Positions 39,101 through 64,000 of a stretch of DNA of 64,000 bases are shown here, in pieces. Each line of letters starts with the position of its first letter. The first letter of the stretch is position 1. The notes beneath the pieces are model-generated. The model had not been told where the DNA came from and searched no databases. It saw only the letters and a list, made by a program, of their open reading frames with translations. The translations under genes and the position numbers were made by a program. The DNA is from Macrostomum lignano (Eukaryota): the NCBI GenBank assembly GCA_002269645.1, contig NIVC01003146.1:1-64000 (forward strand). The letters run 5' to 3'.

Positions 39101-42100
39101 AGAACGATGCCGAAGGCGCCTTCGCCGAGCTTCCTGTTGACGGACACGCGGTCCCTCGGCACCTCAATGTCGGCCAGCCGCTGCTTCAGCTCCATCAGCG
39201 GCTCGTCCAGGAACATCTGGCGCTTCATCTGCTGGTGGTTGACGTACCGGAACCCGACAACTGCCACCACCACCACAAGGATGATGAAGAAGATGATGAC
39301 GCTGAAGGTGAAGATGAGGTTCACCTTCTGGCAGTCCAGATCTGGCATGCGCAGCAGAGTGCGGATGAAGTCGTTCCAGCCGCAGGACTCGCGCGCCAGC
39401 CGCTCGATGAATTTAAAGTTCGACTTGAACTCTTTGAAGTTTGTAGTGTTCTTCATGGAGCCGTTCTGAGGATTGGGCAGAGCGGTGTGGCACTGTTTAT
39501 CTTGGATCATTGTTCTCATATATCTGAGCATTGGTTCTCATATCTCTGAGCATTGTTCTCATATATCTGAGCATTGGTTTTCATATCTCTGAGCATTGTT
39601 CTCATATATCTGAGCATTGGTTTTCATATCTCTGAGCATTGATTCTCATATATCTTAGCATTGGTTCTCATATCTCTGAGCATTGATTCTCATATATCTG
39701 AGCATTGGTTCTCATATCTCTGAGCATTGGGTCTCATATTTCTGAGCATTGGGTCTCATATCTCTGAGCATTGGGTCTCATATCTCTGAGCATTGGGTCT
39801 CATATCTCTGAGCATTGGGTCTCTATCTCTGAGCATTGGGTCTCATATCTTTGATCATTGTTCTCATATCTCTGAGCATTGATTCTCATATCTCTGAGCA
39901 TTGGGTCTCATATCTCTGAACATTGGTTCTCATATATCTGAGCATTGGTTTTCATATCTCTGAGCATTGATTCTCATATATCTTAGCATTGGTTCTCATA
40001 TCTCTGAGCATTGATTCTCATATATCTGAGCATTGGTTCTCATATCTCTGAGCATTGGGTCTCATATTTCTGAGCATTGGGTCTCATATCTCTGAGCATT
40101 GGGTCTCATATCTCTGAGCATTGGGTCTCATATCTCTGAGCATTGGGTCTCTATCTCTGAGCATTGGGTCTCATATCTTTGATCATTGTTCTCATATCTC
40201 TGAGCATTGATTCTCATATCTCTGAGCATTGGGTCTCATATCTCTGAACATTGGTTCTCATATCTCTGAGCATTCTCACAGCTCTGCACATGAATACAGC
40301 CAGACCCGGACACTCACCTGGAAGGTCTCCCAGTTGTACCTGAACAGCTGCTGGGAGGTGAAGCCGAGCTTATCGCCAGAGTACTGGTGCAGGTACACCA
40401 TCATGGAGCCGGAGCGGACATTGTGCAAATCGTTGAAGCTGACGTTGTGCGCGTCCCTGGCCATTTCGGAGGGGAAGTCCGTGCTATTGATCTTGGCCAG
40501 GTAGGAGTTCACCTGCAGTGCAATGGGAGGCTTGATTTAGGGCCATTCAAAGCCTAGTGAAGAGTGTAGGATAATTGCACTCGCAGGTAAATAGGTCATG
40601 ACCTCAAGCAAAGCAACAAAACGGGGTCATGACCTCAATCAAGGAACAAATGGGGTCATAACCTCAATCAAAGCAACAAAACGGGGTCATGACCTCAATC
40701 AAAGCAACAAAACGAGGTTATGACCTCAATCAGAGCAACAAAAGGGGGTCATAAACTCAATCAGAGCAACAAAATGGGGTCATGACCTCAATCAGAGCAA
40801 CAAAACGGGGTCATGACCTCAATCAGAGCAATAAAATGGGGTCATGACCTCAATCAGAGCAACAAAAAAGGTCATGACCTCAATCAGAGCAACAAAACGG
40901 GGTCATGATCTCAATCAGAGCAACAAAAAAGGTCATGACCTCAATCAGGGCAATAAAATGGGGTCATGACCTCAATCAGAGCAACGAAATGGGGTCATGA
41001 CCTCAATCAGAGCAACAAAACGGGGTCATGACCTCAATCAGAGCAACAAAACGGGGTCATGACCTCAATCAGAGCAACAAAATGGGGTCATGACCTCAAT
41101 CAGAGCAACAAAATGGGGTCATGACCTCAATCAGAGCAACAAAACGGGGTCATGACATTAATTTAGACAAGGTAATAACCTGCAACTAAGAGGCCGTAAT
41201 GCTTGTAGAAGCTTAAGGCAACAATAAGAATTTTGAGTAGTAAGTAAAAAGCAAAATCGAATCAAAGTTTCAACCATTTCCATGAAAAACTAAAAGCAAA
41301 AACTGAAATAGAACATTTTGTACTCTGAGAGAATCGGCTACATGCGACTTGGTACATGCATAATGTAATATAAAAGTACACACAGCGGTTCATGAATTCC
41401 AGTCAAACAAAAAAATATTGCGACCTTTCAGCGAGCCCCGTATTGACAAAACACAGCCAGCCAGCCAGTCAGCTCGGTGTGTTGGCTGTCAGCCTCTCCT
41501 CACGTACCCTAACAGCTGTTAGTGTAAGAGGGGAACCCAGCGACCCCAGGCCCCGCCCAGGCGTACCACACGGGCATTGGAGAAGTGGTAGGTGCTGCTC
41601 GGGTCGTCCTCGATTAGGAGAGCCACCGAGTTGGCCAGGACGCTGACCGCATCGCTGGCGTAGCTGTGGAAATAGTCCTCGTCCAGGGAGTGCTCGTGTC
41701 GCTGCCCGCTGCCGGCCGAGGTCACGTTGATGTAGTTCTTCACAATCAGATGCTGCTTGGCCGGCTGCAGCAGCTTGGAGTGCGGGCAGTGGGTCTCCTG
41801 CAGACCGGGCAGGTACTGGCTGCAGTTCACCTTCTCCGTGCCGTTCACCTGGCCTGGTGTGGGGAAGGGTGCAAGGGCTGGGCCTTGACTGATATCGGCT
41901 GGAGAATGGGGATCCAAGTGTCCGAAACACGGGACACCCCAACTTCTGACAACTCATCAACTTCATAAACTTCTTGACACCTGATCAGCCTATTAAACCT
42001 TGGACACCTCACCAACTTCCTAAACCTCGGACACCTTATCAACTTCCTAAACCTCGGACACCTTATCAACTTCCTAAACCTCGGACACCTTATTAACTTC

Positions 42101-43900
42101 CTAAACCTCGGACACCTCATCAAATTCCTAAACCTCGGACACCTCATTAACTGCCTAAACCTCAGACACCTCATCAACCTAAACCTCGGACACCTCATCC
42201 AATTCCTAAACCTCGGACACCTCATCAACTTAAACCTCGGACACCTTATCAACTTCCTTAACCTCGGACACCTAAACTTTTAAAACTCCAGACACCCTAC
42301 CAGTGAAAAATTCGGTCACGGAAACATTCGAAACTCGGACACCCCAGCTTCCGACACCTCGGACATCCAAACATTCAAAACAAAAACCAAGGACACCGCC
42401 GCGCTGTTCCAAAACCTCGGACATCCCACCCCAACTTTTGAGACTTCGGTCACTAAATTCCAAAATCTCGGACACCCCTAGCTTTGTGTAACAACAACAT
42501 CCGATATGTATCGAAAAAAGCGATTCAAAGGGAGAATTGAGCACTCACCGCTTAAAAAGATCTTTCTGCTCCAGTGGGCGAGAATGAACAGGTAGTTATT
42601 ATCGGGAGTCATGTCCAGCTCCGCAGCGGCGCACAGGTACAAACAGGTGCCCCTATCAAAGTAGTCCATGGCCAGCACCTGGCAGCCTTCACGTCGCATT
42701 GATTTCAGATTCTTCAGCGCCTGCTTGTAGCTCAGCCGCTCCTCTTCGATCACCTCCTCGTGGCAGACGTTGATGGTGCCGGAGTCCAAGAAGGCGGTCT
42801 TGTTCAGGAACATCTTGTTGCGCACCAGCAGCCCGATGGTGTCCCACTTGCGCTGGTTCAGGTAGCTGGTGATCGTGTCCGAGTACGGCTCGTAGCTGGG
42901 GATGGTGCGGTAAAAGTACGGATAGCGGGAGGTGTCGCTGTACACCTGCGACTCCACTGTGGGGGAGATGACCACCGTCTGGAAATTGTTGCTGGCCTCC
43001 ACCACGGGTTCGATCGTGTCTGAGCAGGTGGCTCCGATGACGCCAAGCAGCGGCTGCTTCTTCGGCTGCAGCAGGGTGCTGATGTAGAATCCCAGCTCTG
43101 CCGACTTGTCGCAGTCCACCGCACCGTTCACCAGCTCGATGTGGTAGCCGAGGTCGGAGAGCCGGCACTTCGGCTGTCCGGAGCAGTTGCCCCAGTTTAG
43201 CTCCCCGACTTCCTGAGCAGGTGGGGAGATTTGGGATTTCTACTGAGTTCTATTGGGGAGATCTGGGATTTCTACTGAGTTCTATTGGGGAGATCTGGGA
43301 TTTCTATTGAGTTCGATTGTGGATATTTGGGATTTCTATTGAGTTTGATTGGGAGATTGATGATTTCTATTGAGTTCGAATAGGGAGATTAGGGATTTCT
43401 AATGAGAGTTCGATTGGGGAGATTTGGGATTTTTACTGAGTTTGATTGAGGAAATTAGGGATTTCTACTGATTGAGATTTGGGATTTCTATTGATTGGGG
43501 AGATTTAGGATTTCTAATGATTGGGCAGATTTGGGATTTCTACTGAGTTCGATTGGGGAGATTTGGGATTTCTACTGAGTTCGATTGGGGAGAATTGAGG
43601 GAACACCGGGATTCTTGAAAGTACATACAATGAATTATTTCTTAGATTAAAGGGAGTACAGCTCGTAATAAGCTGGGTACCTTGCCCGTAGAGGTGAATC
43701 TTCCTCCTAGCGGGATCTGCTGCGCATTGCAATTATCAGCTCAGACCCACCTGCTGCCTCAAAGAATCTCCGCCCGCAACTGTTACCTCCTACTGAGTCT
43801 TCCTGTCTCATTAATTGTCAGGCCAGACTCCCCCCCTCCGCGGCAGCTTCATCAGTTCATGAGTCACATGACTGCGGCCGCGGGTTGTTGCAGTCGGGTG

Positions 43901-43970
<70 letters not shown>

Positions 43971-46900
43971 AAATGCAGTAACTCCTGTGCCTGCTCTCGG
44001 AGACAGGTGCCAATATTAGCACCGGAAGTTTGTAATATAAACTGGCAGCCTGCCCTGTAGTCAGATGACTAAGTTAGATTAGTTAACCTTGAGATGTACT
44101 TTGGCCACGACTGAGGCACTGTGTCCCTGTCCGTTCTGAACTTTTGCTAAGGTCTTAATCATCAATTATCTTACCTTTAATAGACTGAATAATCTACCAA
44201 ATCTACTCAGCAGCATCTCTACCTCACCCCAGTCTAAATATCTACCCCCCAGTCTACATCTCTACCTCCCCCAATCTATATCTCTACCTCCACCAGTCTA
44301 CATCTCTACCTCCCCCAGTCTACATCTCAACCTCACCCCAGTTTACATCTCTACCTCCCCCAGTCTACATCTCTACCTCCCCCAGTCTACATCTCTACCT
44401 CCCCCAGTCTACATCTCTACCTCCCCCAGTCTACATCTCTACCTCCCCCAGTCTACATCTCTACCTCCCCCAGTCTACATCTCTACCCCCCCCAGTCCAC
44501 ATCTCTACCCCCAGTCTACATCTCTACCTCCCCTCAGTCTACATCTCTACCTCCCCCAGTCTAGATCTCTACCTCCCCTCAGTCTACATCTCTACCCCCC
44601 AGTCTACATCTCTACCTCACCCCAGTCTACATCTCTACCTCACCCCAGTCTACATCTCTACCCCCCAGTCCACATCTCTACCCCCCCCCAGTCCACATCT
44701 CTACCCCCCAGTCCACATCTCTACCCCCCCAGTCTACATCTCTACCTCCCCTCAGTCTACATCTCTACCTCCCCCAGTCTAGATCTCTACCTCCCCTCAG
44801 TCTACATCTCTACCCCCCAGTCCACATCTCTACCTCCCCCAGTCTAGATCTCTACCTCCCCTCAGTCTACATCTCTACCTCACCCCAGTCCACATCTCTA
44901 CCTCCCCCAGTCTACATCTCAACCTCACCCCAGTCTACATCTCTACCTCCCCCAGTCTACATCTCTACCTCCCCCAGTCTACATCTCTACCTCCCCCAGT
45001 CTACATCTCTACCTCCCCCAGTCTACATCTCTACCTCCCCCAGTCTACATCTCTACCTCCCCCAGTCTACATCTCTACCTCCCCCAGTCTACATCTCTAC
45101 CTCACCCCAGTCTACATCTCTACCCCCCAGTCCACATCTCTACCCCCCCAGTCCACATCTCTACCCCCCCCAGTCCACATCTCTACCCCCAGTCCACATC
45201 TCTACCCCCCAGTCTACATCTCTACCCCCCAGTCTACATCTCTACCTCCCCTCAGTCTACATCTCTACCTCCCCCAGTCTAGATCTCTACCTCCCCTCAG
45301 TCTACATCTCTACCCCCCAGTCCACATCTCTACCTCCCCCAGTCTAGATCTCTACCTCCCCTCAGTCTACATCTCTACCTCACCCCAGTCCACATCTCTA
45401 CCTCCCCCAGTCTACATCTCTATTAACTACAATCTACATCTCTACCTCCCCCAGTCTACATCTCTATTAACTACAATCTACATCTCTACCTCCCCCAGTC
45501 TACATCTCTACCTCCCCCAGTCTACATCTCTACCTCCCCCAGTCTACATCTCTACCTCCCCCAGTCTACATCTCTACCTCCGCCAGTCTACATCTCTACC
45601 TCCGCCAGTCTACATCCCTACCTCCGCCAGTCTACATCTCTACCAACTACAATCTACATCCCTACCTCCGCCAGCCTACATCTCTACCAACTACAATCTA
45701 CATCTCTACCTCTCAGACTACACCTTTAACTCTCCAATCTACGTCTCTACCTTCTCAATGCACATCTAGCTACATTATCTCACCTCCGCCACCTTCTTAG
45801 TGATTCTCTCATTAGAGAAGCGCTTGCCGCCGGGGAACATGCCGGCCAGGTACAGGTACTTCTTGTCCGTCCGGTCCGGCAGGTGGGCGCAGAACTCGCA
45901 GCTGTCCCAGGCCTCCATGGCCCGGCCAAGCCAGTCACAGTGCTGCCCGCCGGCCTGGCTGTAGTTGAAACGCAGCGACAGCAGCAGCCGCTCCAACCGC
46001 GGGTCCTGGCCGGCCACCGCCGTTGCCATCGACTTTGTCCGCTTGCTGATCACCGGCCGGCCGGAAAAGCGCCGGGCCGCGTCCGGGACGTCCGCCAGGC
46101 TGGCCGCCGACAGCCAGCCGCCGCAGTCCGAGTCACAGGCTGCCGCTGGCGACATGGTGTACTGGAAGCTGGGTGAGGCAATGATGAAGCTGGGTGAGTC
46201 AATGATGAAGCTGGGTGAGTCAATGATGAAGCTGGGTAATGATGTCAAAGCTGGGTAAAGCAATAATGAAGCTGGAGGTGAGGCAATGATGAAGCTGGGT
46301 GAGTCAATGATGAAGCTGGGTGAGGCAATGATGAAGCTGGGTAATGATGTCAAAGCTGGGTTAGGCAATGATGAAGCTTGGTGAGGCAATGATGAAGCTG
46401 GGTGAGGCAATGATGAAGCTGGGTTAGCAATGATGAAGCTGGGTTAGCAATGATGAAGCTTGGTGAGGCAATGATGAAGCTGGGTAATGCAATAATGAAC
46501 CTGGAGGTGAGACAATGATGAAGCTGAGTGAGACAAGAGGAACGAATGAGAAATAGCTCTGCCATTTTGTTACAAAAAAAGAACAAAAGGCAGTTTTTTG
46601 GCGCAGTTGCCTGTGGATTTTTGGCCCCACCCCTTCTGTCCATAAAATATACCCGCATGGCATCCGAACAACGCACTTAATTGACCTCTACCCACCAAAC
46701 AAGTGCACAACTCAAGTGAGAACAGTCTCCAGAGTGTGAACTCAGTGCACAGCATCCGGAAGCTTCATCTGCCTACCCGCATTTTGTTTGCCCAACTCCG
46801 CCCACCTGTGAACCCACTTAAGCCCTCAAAAAGCTCAAGGCGCAGCTCCCAGTAACAATCCTTTCTATCTGAAGTTTTCAACTATTTGCTCAGGCGGGCG

Positions 46901-47282
46901 CCAGCTCAGATAAGCAGCCCCTCGCTCACCTCTGCTCGAACAGTTCACCAAAATAAGCTCGATCATCGCCGGATGAAGCATTGAACAGCTGATCCCGCCG
47001 GTCTATGAGGCCCATATCGATTGTGCAGCTGCTGGCGCTGCAAGGGGGCGGAAGCGGAATTCAGCTTCACTTTGATGACGTAACAGGCTTTTTAAATAGC
47101 CGCTGATATGGATAATTATCTCACTGTTACTGATTGCTTGATAAATGAGTACTGGCTGCCTGCACTGCCGATATGCAGGCAGAGTAGAAAGCATGAATAT
47201 TCAAGTCTGTATAGGAAGCTGTATAAATCTGTTGGATAGAAGACAGACAGAAGACAGACAGAAGCCAGAAAAACAGACAGAC

Positions 47283-47337
<55 letters not shown>

Positions 47338-48472
47338 CACAGACAGACAGACACACAGACAGACAGACAATCACGTTTCGTTCCTCGCAGACAAAAGTTG
47401 AACAGCATAAATGGTAACCAACTCAGACCCCGTCACAAATCATGGGGACTCATGGCGGGCTTTCCAAAACCACCCGCCCTTCTGGATTCCCCAAAACAGA
47501 GCAGCAGGGGAGGCGGCACTCACTGCAGCGGCGGTCTGCTCAGAATTTGCACGTCGCGATAGCGGAAGAAGTCGGTGAGCAGGGCGGCAACGACTCGGGC
47601 GGTGAAGAGGCCGGCGGCGTCGGGGGGGCCGCAGACCGACACGGGCAGCGGCTGCGAGTCCGAGACGCTGGCGAAAAAGTAGCGAGGGCGCGACGACACG
47701 GCTGCGGGTTGCCGGGGAGGGGGTGAGGGTCACTTGATAATCCGAGTTGCATGCTTAGATTTGGGAGGCTAGCCCAGCAACTGAGGAACTGGGAGGCTGG
47801 CCCAGCAACTGAGGAACTGGGAGGCTGGCCCAGCAACTGAGGAACTGGGAGGCTGGCCCAGCAACTGAGGATCTGGGAGGCTGGCCCAGCAACTGAGGAA
47901 CTGGGAGGCTGGCCCAGCAACTGAGGAACTGGGAGGCTGGCCTAGCAACTAAAGATCTGGGAGGCTGGCCCAGCAACTGGGGATCTGGGAGGCTGGCCCA
48001 GCAACTGGGGATCTGGGAGGCTGGCCCAGCAACTGGGGATCTGGGAGGCTGGCCCAGCAACTGAGGATCTGGGAGGCTGGCCTAGCAACTGAGGATCTGG
48101 GAGGGCGGCCCAGCAACTGAGGGTCTGGGAGGCTGGTCCAGCAACTGAGGATCTGAGAGGCTGGCCTAGCAACTGAGGGTCTGGGAGGCTGGCCCAGCAA
48201 CTGAGGATCTGGGAGGCTGGCCCAGCAACTGAGGATCTGGGAGGCTGGCCCAGCAACTGGGGATCTGGGAGTTTAAGATAAAAAGTCTGCCCAAACAGCA
48301 GCACAGACTTACAGCCATTGAACCGGTTTACCAGGTCTGGGCACTCATTGGCAGACACAGTGCACAGGGGCAGAGGCAAGCTGAGCAGCAGCAGCAGTGG
48401 CAGCAGCTGGCTTCTCAAATGCCAGCACTGCTCAGGCGCCAAGGCAGCCCCTCTTGAACTGCAGTTGCTCAT
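36158..48472 (-). CDS. VKR: Venus kinase receptor (Venus flytrap module + TM + insulin-receptor-like tyrosine kinase)
   Basis: Well-phased exons 45784-~46161, 42549-43212, 41567-41853, 40318-40512, 38648-39492, 36158-36830. Tentative 5' exons 48313-48472 (signal peptide LLPLLLLLSLPLPLCTVSA), 47524-47701, 46930-47037, with probably one or two more small exons near 46700-46870. VFT motifs YLAGMFP, GVIGATCSD, SDTSRYPYFYRTIPS; TM LIFTFSVIIFFIILVVVVAVVGF; kinase LGEGAFGIV, IHRDVALRNCLV, ICDFGLAR, DYYRFDRRGMLPVRWMSPE, KSDVWSY. Confidence 0.88.
36877..37710. repeat. 23-bp minisatellite (GCATTACAGCARTGGAAGGCACT)n
   Basis: Located in the last VKR intron. Confidence 0.95.
38270..38610. repeat. 22-bp minisatellite (TTATAAATCCCGGACACCCATC)n
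   Basis: Located in the last VKR intron, near the donor at 38647. Confidence 0.9.
39505..40273. repeat. ~22-bp minisatellite (CATTGGGTCTCATATCTCTGAG)n with a ~330-bp block duplication
   Basis: Rare variants TATCTTAGCA, CTCTATCTCT and TTGATCATTG each recur about 328 bp apart. Confidence 0.93.
40595..41155. repeat. 31-bp minisatellite (TCATGACCTCAATCAGAGCAACAAAAYGGGG)n
   Basis: VKR intron. Confidence 0.93.
41985..42275. repeat. 27-bp minisatellite (AAACCTCGGACACCTYATCAACTTCCT)n
   Basis: VKR intron. Confidence 0.9.
43215..43590. repeat. ~31-bp minisatellite (GGGGAGATTTGGGATTTCTACTGAGTTCGATT)n
   Basis: Abuts the VKR acceptor at 43213. Confidence 0.88.
43907..43966. repeat. (GA)n microsatellite
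   Basis: Direct reading. Confidence 0.95.
44215..45720. repeat. ~22-bp minisatellite (CCCCAGTCTACATCTCTACCTC)n
   Basis: About 68 copies in a VKR intron. Confidence 0.95.
46165..46530. repeat. 21-bp minisatellite (CTGGGTGAGGCAATGATGAAG)n
   Basis: Merges directly into the VKR acceptor near 46162. Confidence 0.93.
47277..47369. repeat. (GACA)n microsatellite
   Basis: Direct reading. Confidence 0.93.
47765..48270. repeat. 28-bp minisatellite (GGCTGGCCCAGCAACTGAGGATCTGGGA)n
   Basis: Located in the first VKR intron. Confidence 0.94.
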
Positions 48473-48539
48473 GCTAGCAGTGCCTGCAATACAGGTGCAC
48501 TTGCAAGTGGCCAATAAATTCAAAATGAGGCTAAAGAGG

Positions 48540-50470
48540 CATATAGGATAAAAATAGCATTATTATTTGATTTCAGTTGTTTAAAACATTATTGGACTAG
48601 GCCTATAAGTAGTAAACTTGCAAGTCCAATCTAGCCAATGAGAAAAAGCAGCCAATCAAGAATAATAGCCAGTACCTTAGGTAAAGGCCCTATACCTAAA
48701 CTATCAGATTTAGGAGTTTTGATGATATTAATTTAAAAAAATTAACATTTCTAATAACCAATTATTAATTATATAATTTCTAATACATATTAAATTATTA
48801 ATTAATCAATCTAGAACCTATAAAAAATAAACCTATTAATGAATAATGATTATTATTTGACTTGTCTAAACTGCTATATCAACTAGTTAATCTTATAGTT
48901 TATATATCATATGTCATTAACACCTTATAATTATCAATTTGCTAAAACATTATATATTGCTAGGTCCTTGGTTTAGTTTACTTTATAAATAATAGGTTTA
49001 ATAGCCAATGGATCATTGCTAAGCTAAGGCAAAAAGCATTTTATCTAAATATTCTATGTTTACTGAAATGCTTATAATATTGTATATAATTAAAACAAAA
49101 TGAAATATCAAAGATAATCAATACATTCAACTTGGCTAATATTAGGCCTTTCTAAATATACTAAATCTCTAAGGTTTGTATGTTTGAATGAATGAATGCT
49201 TGTCCATAATATTTTCTAAATGTAAAAACCCGCCTTAAATAAAAACTTAATTGTCACAATGATTTTTATATCCAAGCATAAGTTATAAATATAAATTAGA
49301 ATAAATTAATAATAGGCCCTATACACTTAATTATCTCTAGTATGCTATAGTTTGGATCATGTATCAATGTATGCCAGGCTTAATGCTGGGAAAAAATGAC
49401 AAGACCACATTTGTCTAGGTTTGTGTGCCAATACAAAAAAATTGTCATTTGATACAATGTATCTGCTGTGTCATAGACGCTGGGATATATCCTAATGTCT
49501 ATTGAAAAATAATAAGATGCTTATTGTACACTAGGACATGTCTCCTTGTACATGTATACTAGAAGTCTTTGATTATCAATTAGGTAAATACATATAAACT
49601 CAATTAGTAGTTAGTCAGTATAAGATAGATATAGGCTAGTAGACTTATAACTTAAATAATCATATAACTTAATTATCTAGCTAGCCATCTGCTTAATTAT
49701 CTAGCTAAAGGAATACTCATTATTAATTTTTGCTATATGACTACTTATTTATTATTAGTTTTACTAGTTGACAGTTGATAATTTATTAATTTAAACTTAG
49801 CAATCTTCCTATTTAATCTATTATAATATTTATTTTTAAACTAAACAGAAAAAATAAATATCTAAAAAATAATTCAAGGAACAAAAGTAAAGAATTATTG
49901 ATTTAGATTGTTAAATATAAATATATAAGATATAATATAATATATAAAAACATAAACTTGAATTTTATACTAAAATTTTATTATAAATATTGGAATGAAA
50001 TATAAAGATTTATAGTGTTATTGCTAGTTTTAAAGTTGAATTATTAAAAAATCTATTACTAAAGTGTATATATTGTTGCTGATAGCCTGATGTTGATATA
50101 TATTAGGCCTAGGCCTAGTAGAATTTAATTCAAGGATCCTTCATTATTAGTTACTGCTTTAGTAGAGAAAAAGTTACAACACTATACTATATGCCTCTTA
50201 TGATCTTATCTAAACTGAAATAAGAATGATATATAGCAAGTTCCTACCTAGGCCTATAGTTAGAATGAAAGCAATAAAGATATGTGAGATTATAAGACAT
50301 TATAATTCATAATCTGGTATATTATAATCTTAGATTAGGCTTTGTTAATTATAAATTAACAATTGATAAATTATATCAATTTTTCATCTAGATGATTATT
50401 GTAAGGCAGCTTTTAAAAATACATAGGCTAGTTTTTAGGGCCTAATAATTCTGTCTTGTCTTGCCATGGT
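48540..50470. other. Extremely AT-rich, CpG-depleted block between divergent VKR and laminin genes
   Basis: I found only about two CG dinucleotides by eye (near 49230 and 49477) in about 1.9 kb; TA, CTAG and TAGGCCTA-type words are abundant; no ORF. Confidence 0.8.
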
Positions 50471-50477
50471 TATAATA

Positions 50478-51256
50478 TAGCTTTTTGCAGCCCATTTGGG
50501 CCTATGCACATTGAATTTAATCCAAGATATGGTTGCCAATGTAATGTAGCTTTTGTCTATGGTAGCAAGGCTGGCACAGCGGCATTTAATTTGGTCCAAC
50601 AAGCATTCAATTTGCTCTATAGCTTCATTTGCAACTGCTGCGGAGGAGCAAGATCAGCCCCACATGGCACAATTGTGGATCATAGGCCTATGCTAGGTTG
50701 TTGAACGAATGCCATGGCATTGGCTGGTGATTGAAGCGCTTGACAGAGGTGAACACCTAAAGGCTGCTGAATGTAAAAGAAAATATTGTTTTCAGCATCC
50801 ATCAGTGCGTTGAAAATCTGCCGGCAGAGATCGCCTGCGAAAGGGTGGCAATCGCCAAGGCAAGTTGCTCGAGAGCCTCAGGTCCAACTGCTACGAGTAC
50901 TCGATGCAATTGAGACGAACCCTTCGTTGACGGTGCAGAAAATGCAGCAGAAGTTTAAGGAACAGTTCCAGTTGGTTATCAGATTTTGAATATCAGCAGA
51001 ACTCTTGAAAAGCGACAGAAAATTGTCGGTAGAGACGCTGACATTCCAGCGGTACGCAACAACCCGCAGACGGTTGCGAGAAGGCAGGAGTTTGCCGAAA
51101 GGCTCACGAGCGTTTGAACCAAATTTGATGCTTGTTGGACCAAATTAAATGCTGCTGTGCCAGCCTTGCTACCATAGACAAAAGCTCCGTTACATTGGCG
51201 AACGTATCTTGGATTAAATTCAATGCGCGTAGGCCCAAATGGGCTGCAAAAAGCTA
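50478..51256 (+). mobile_element. Inverted-repeat DNA transposon relic with IS630/Tc1-like HTH fragment
   Basis: 137-bp inverted arms 50478-50614 and 51120-51256 (10 mismatches); internal peptide LLRVLDAIETNPSLTVQKMQQKFKEQFQLVI resembles the winged-helix region of IS630/Tc1-mariner transposases; no DDE domain seen. Confidence 0.65.
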
Positions 51257-51631
51257 CAATAAAATTTAATGAAGATATCGGTTACCTGTTCAAATCATGC
51301 TTTGAGCTGAGGGTAAAACTAAGTTGATTAAATAACTTGTTGAATAAAAACTAAATATTATGCATTTCTCGTCAGTCAGTGCAAAAAGCAAATATTTGAT
51401 ACTATTGCTTTGTTACACGTAATTATTTTGATTTAACGAACAACAATTTTGTTATGAACTCTCGGTTTTTGCGCCAATACAAAGCGACGAAGAAGTTCCA
51501 GAAGATTTCAGCAAGTTTAAAAACTCATAGCTTTCTTCCTACTAGCAGTTTTAACGAAATAACCTTTTAGTATATTTATCAAATGATAGCCTTTTGAACA
51601 CATTTTAGCACTGCTTTCATTTCATTCCTAA

Positions 51632-64000
<12,369 letters not shown>

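Noticed and set aside
46700-46870. Additional small VKR exons (e.g. RKDCYWELRLELFEGLSGFT)
   Set aside because: The frame is open and phase-compatible only by assuming a secondary acceptor, and the join to the 46161 exon remains unresolved, so it is not listed as a firm exon.

Overview
Eukaryotic (invertebrate metazoan) genomic DNA. Exons are very GC3-rich and nearly every sizeable intron is filled with its own tandem repeat. The architecture and gene set suggest a flatworm such as Macrostomum, but that is inference only. I could reconstruct four spliced genes by hand from splice sites and reading phase. (1) The 5' ~3,200 codons of a ryanodine receptor (minus strand, ATG 29186, runs off the left edge). 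(2) A 68-aa two-EF-hand protein nested antisense in a RyR intron (14100-16067, +). (3) A Venus kinase receptor, i.e. Venus-flytrap module + TM + insulin-receptor-like tyrosine kinase (minus strand, 48472-36158). (4) The 5' part of a laminin alpha-1/2-like chain (+, from 51632, runs off the right edge). Intergenic DNA holds a LINE RT remnant, a tRNA-headed CORE-type SINE, a TTAA-flanked inverted-repeat element and an IS630/Tc1-like relic. The most unusual structures are an inverted, diverged copy (30550-31868) of RyR/EF-hand intronic DNA that lacks both embedded exons at microhomologies, and a CpG-stripped AT-rich block (48540-50614) that has mutated only one arm of an inverted repeat. No prokaryotic features or CRISPR arrays. 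Coordinates were counted manually; repeat boundaries are approximate.
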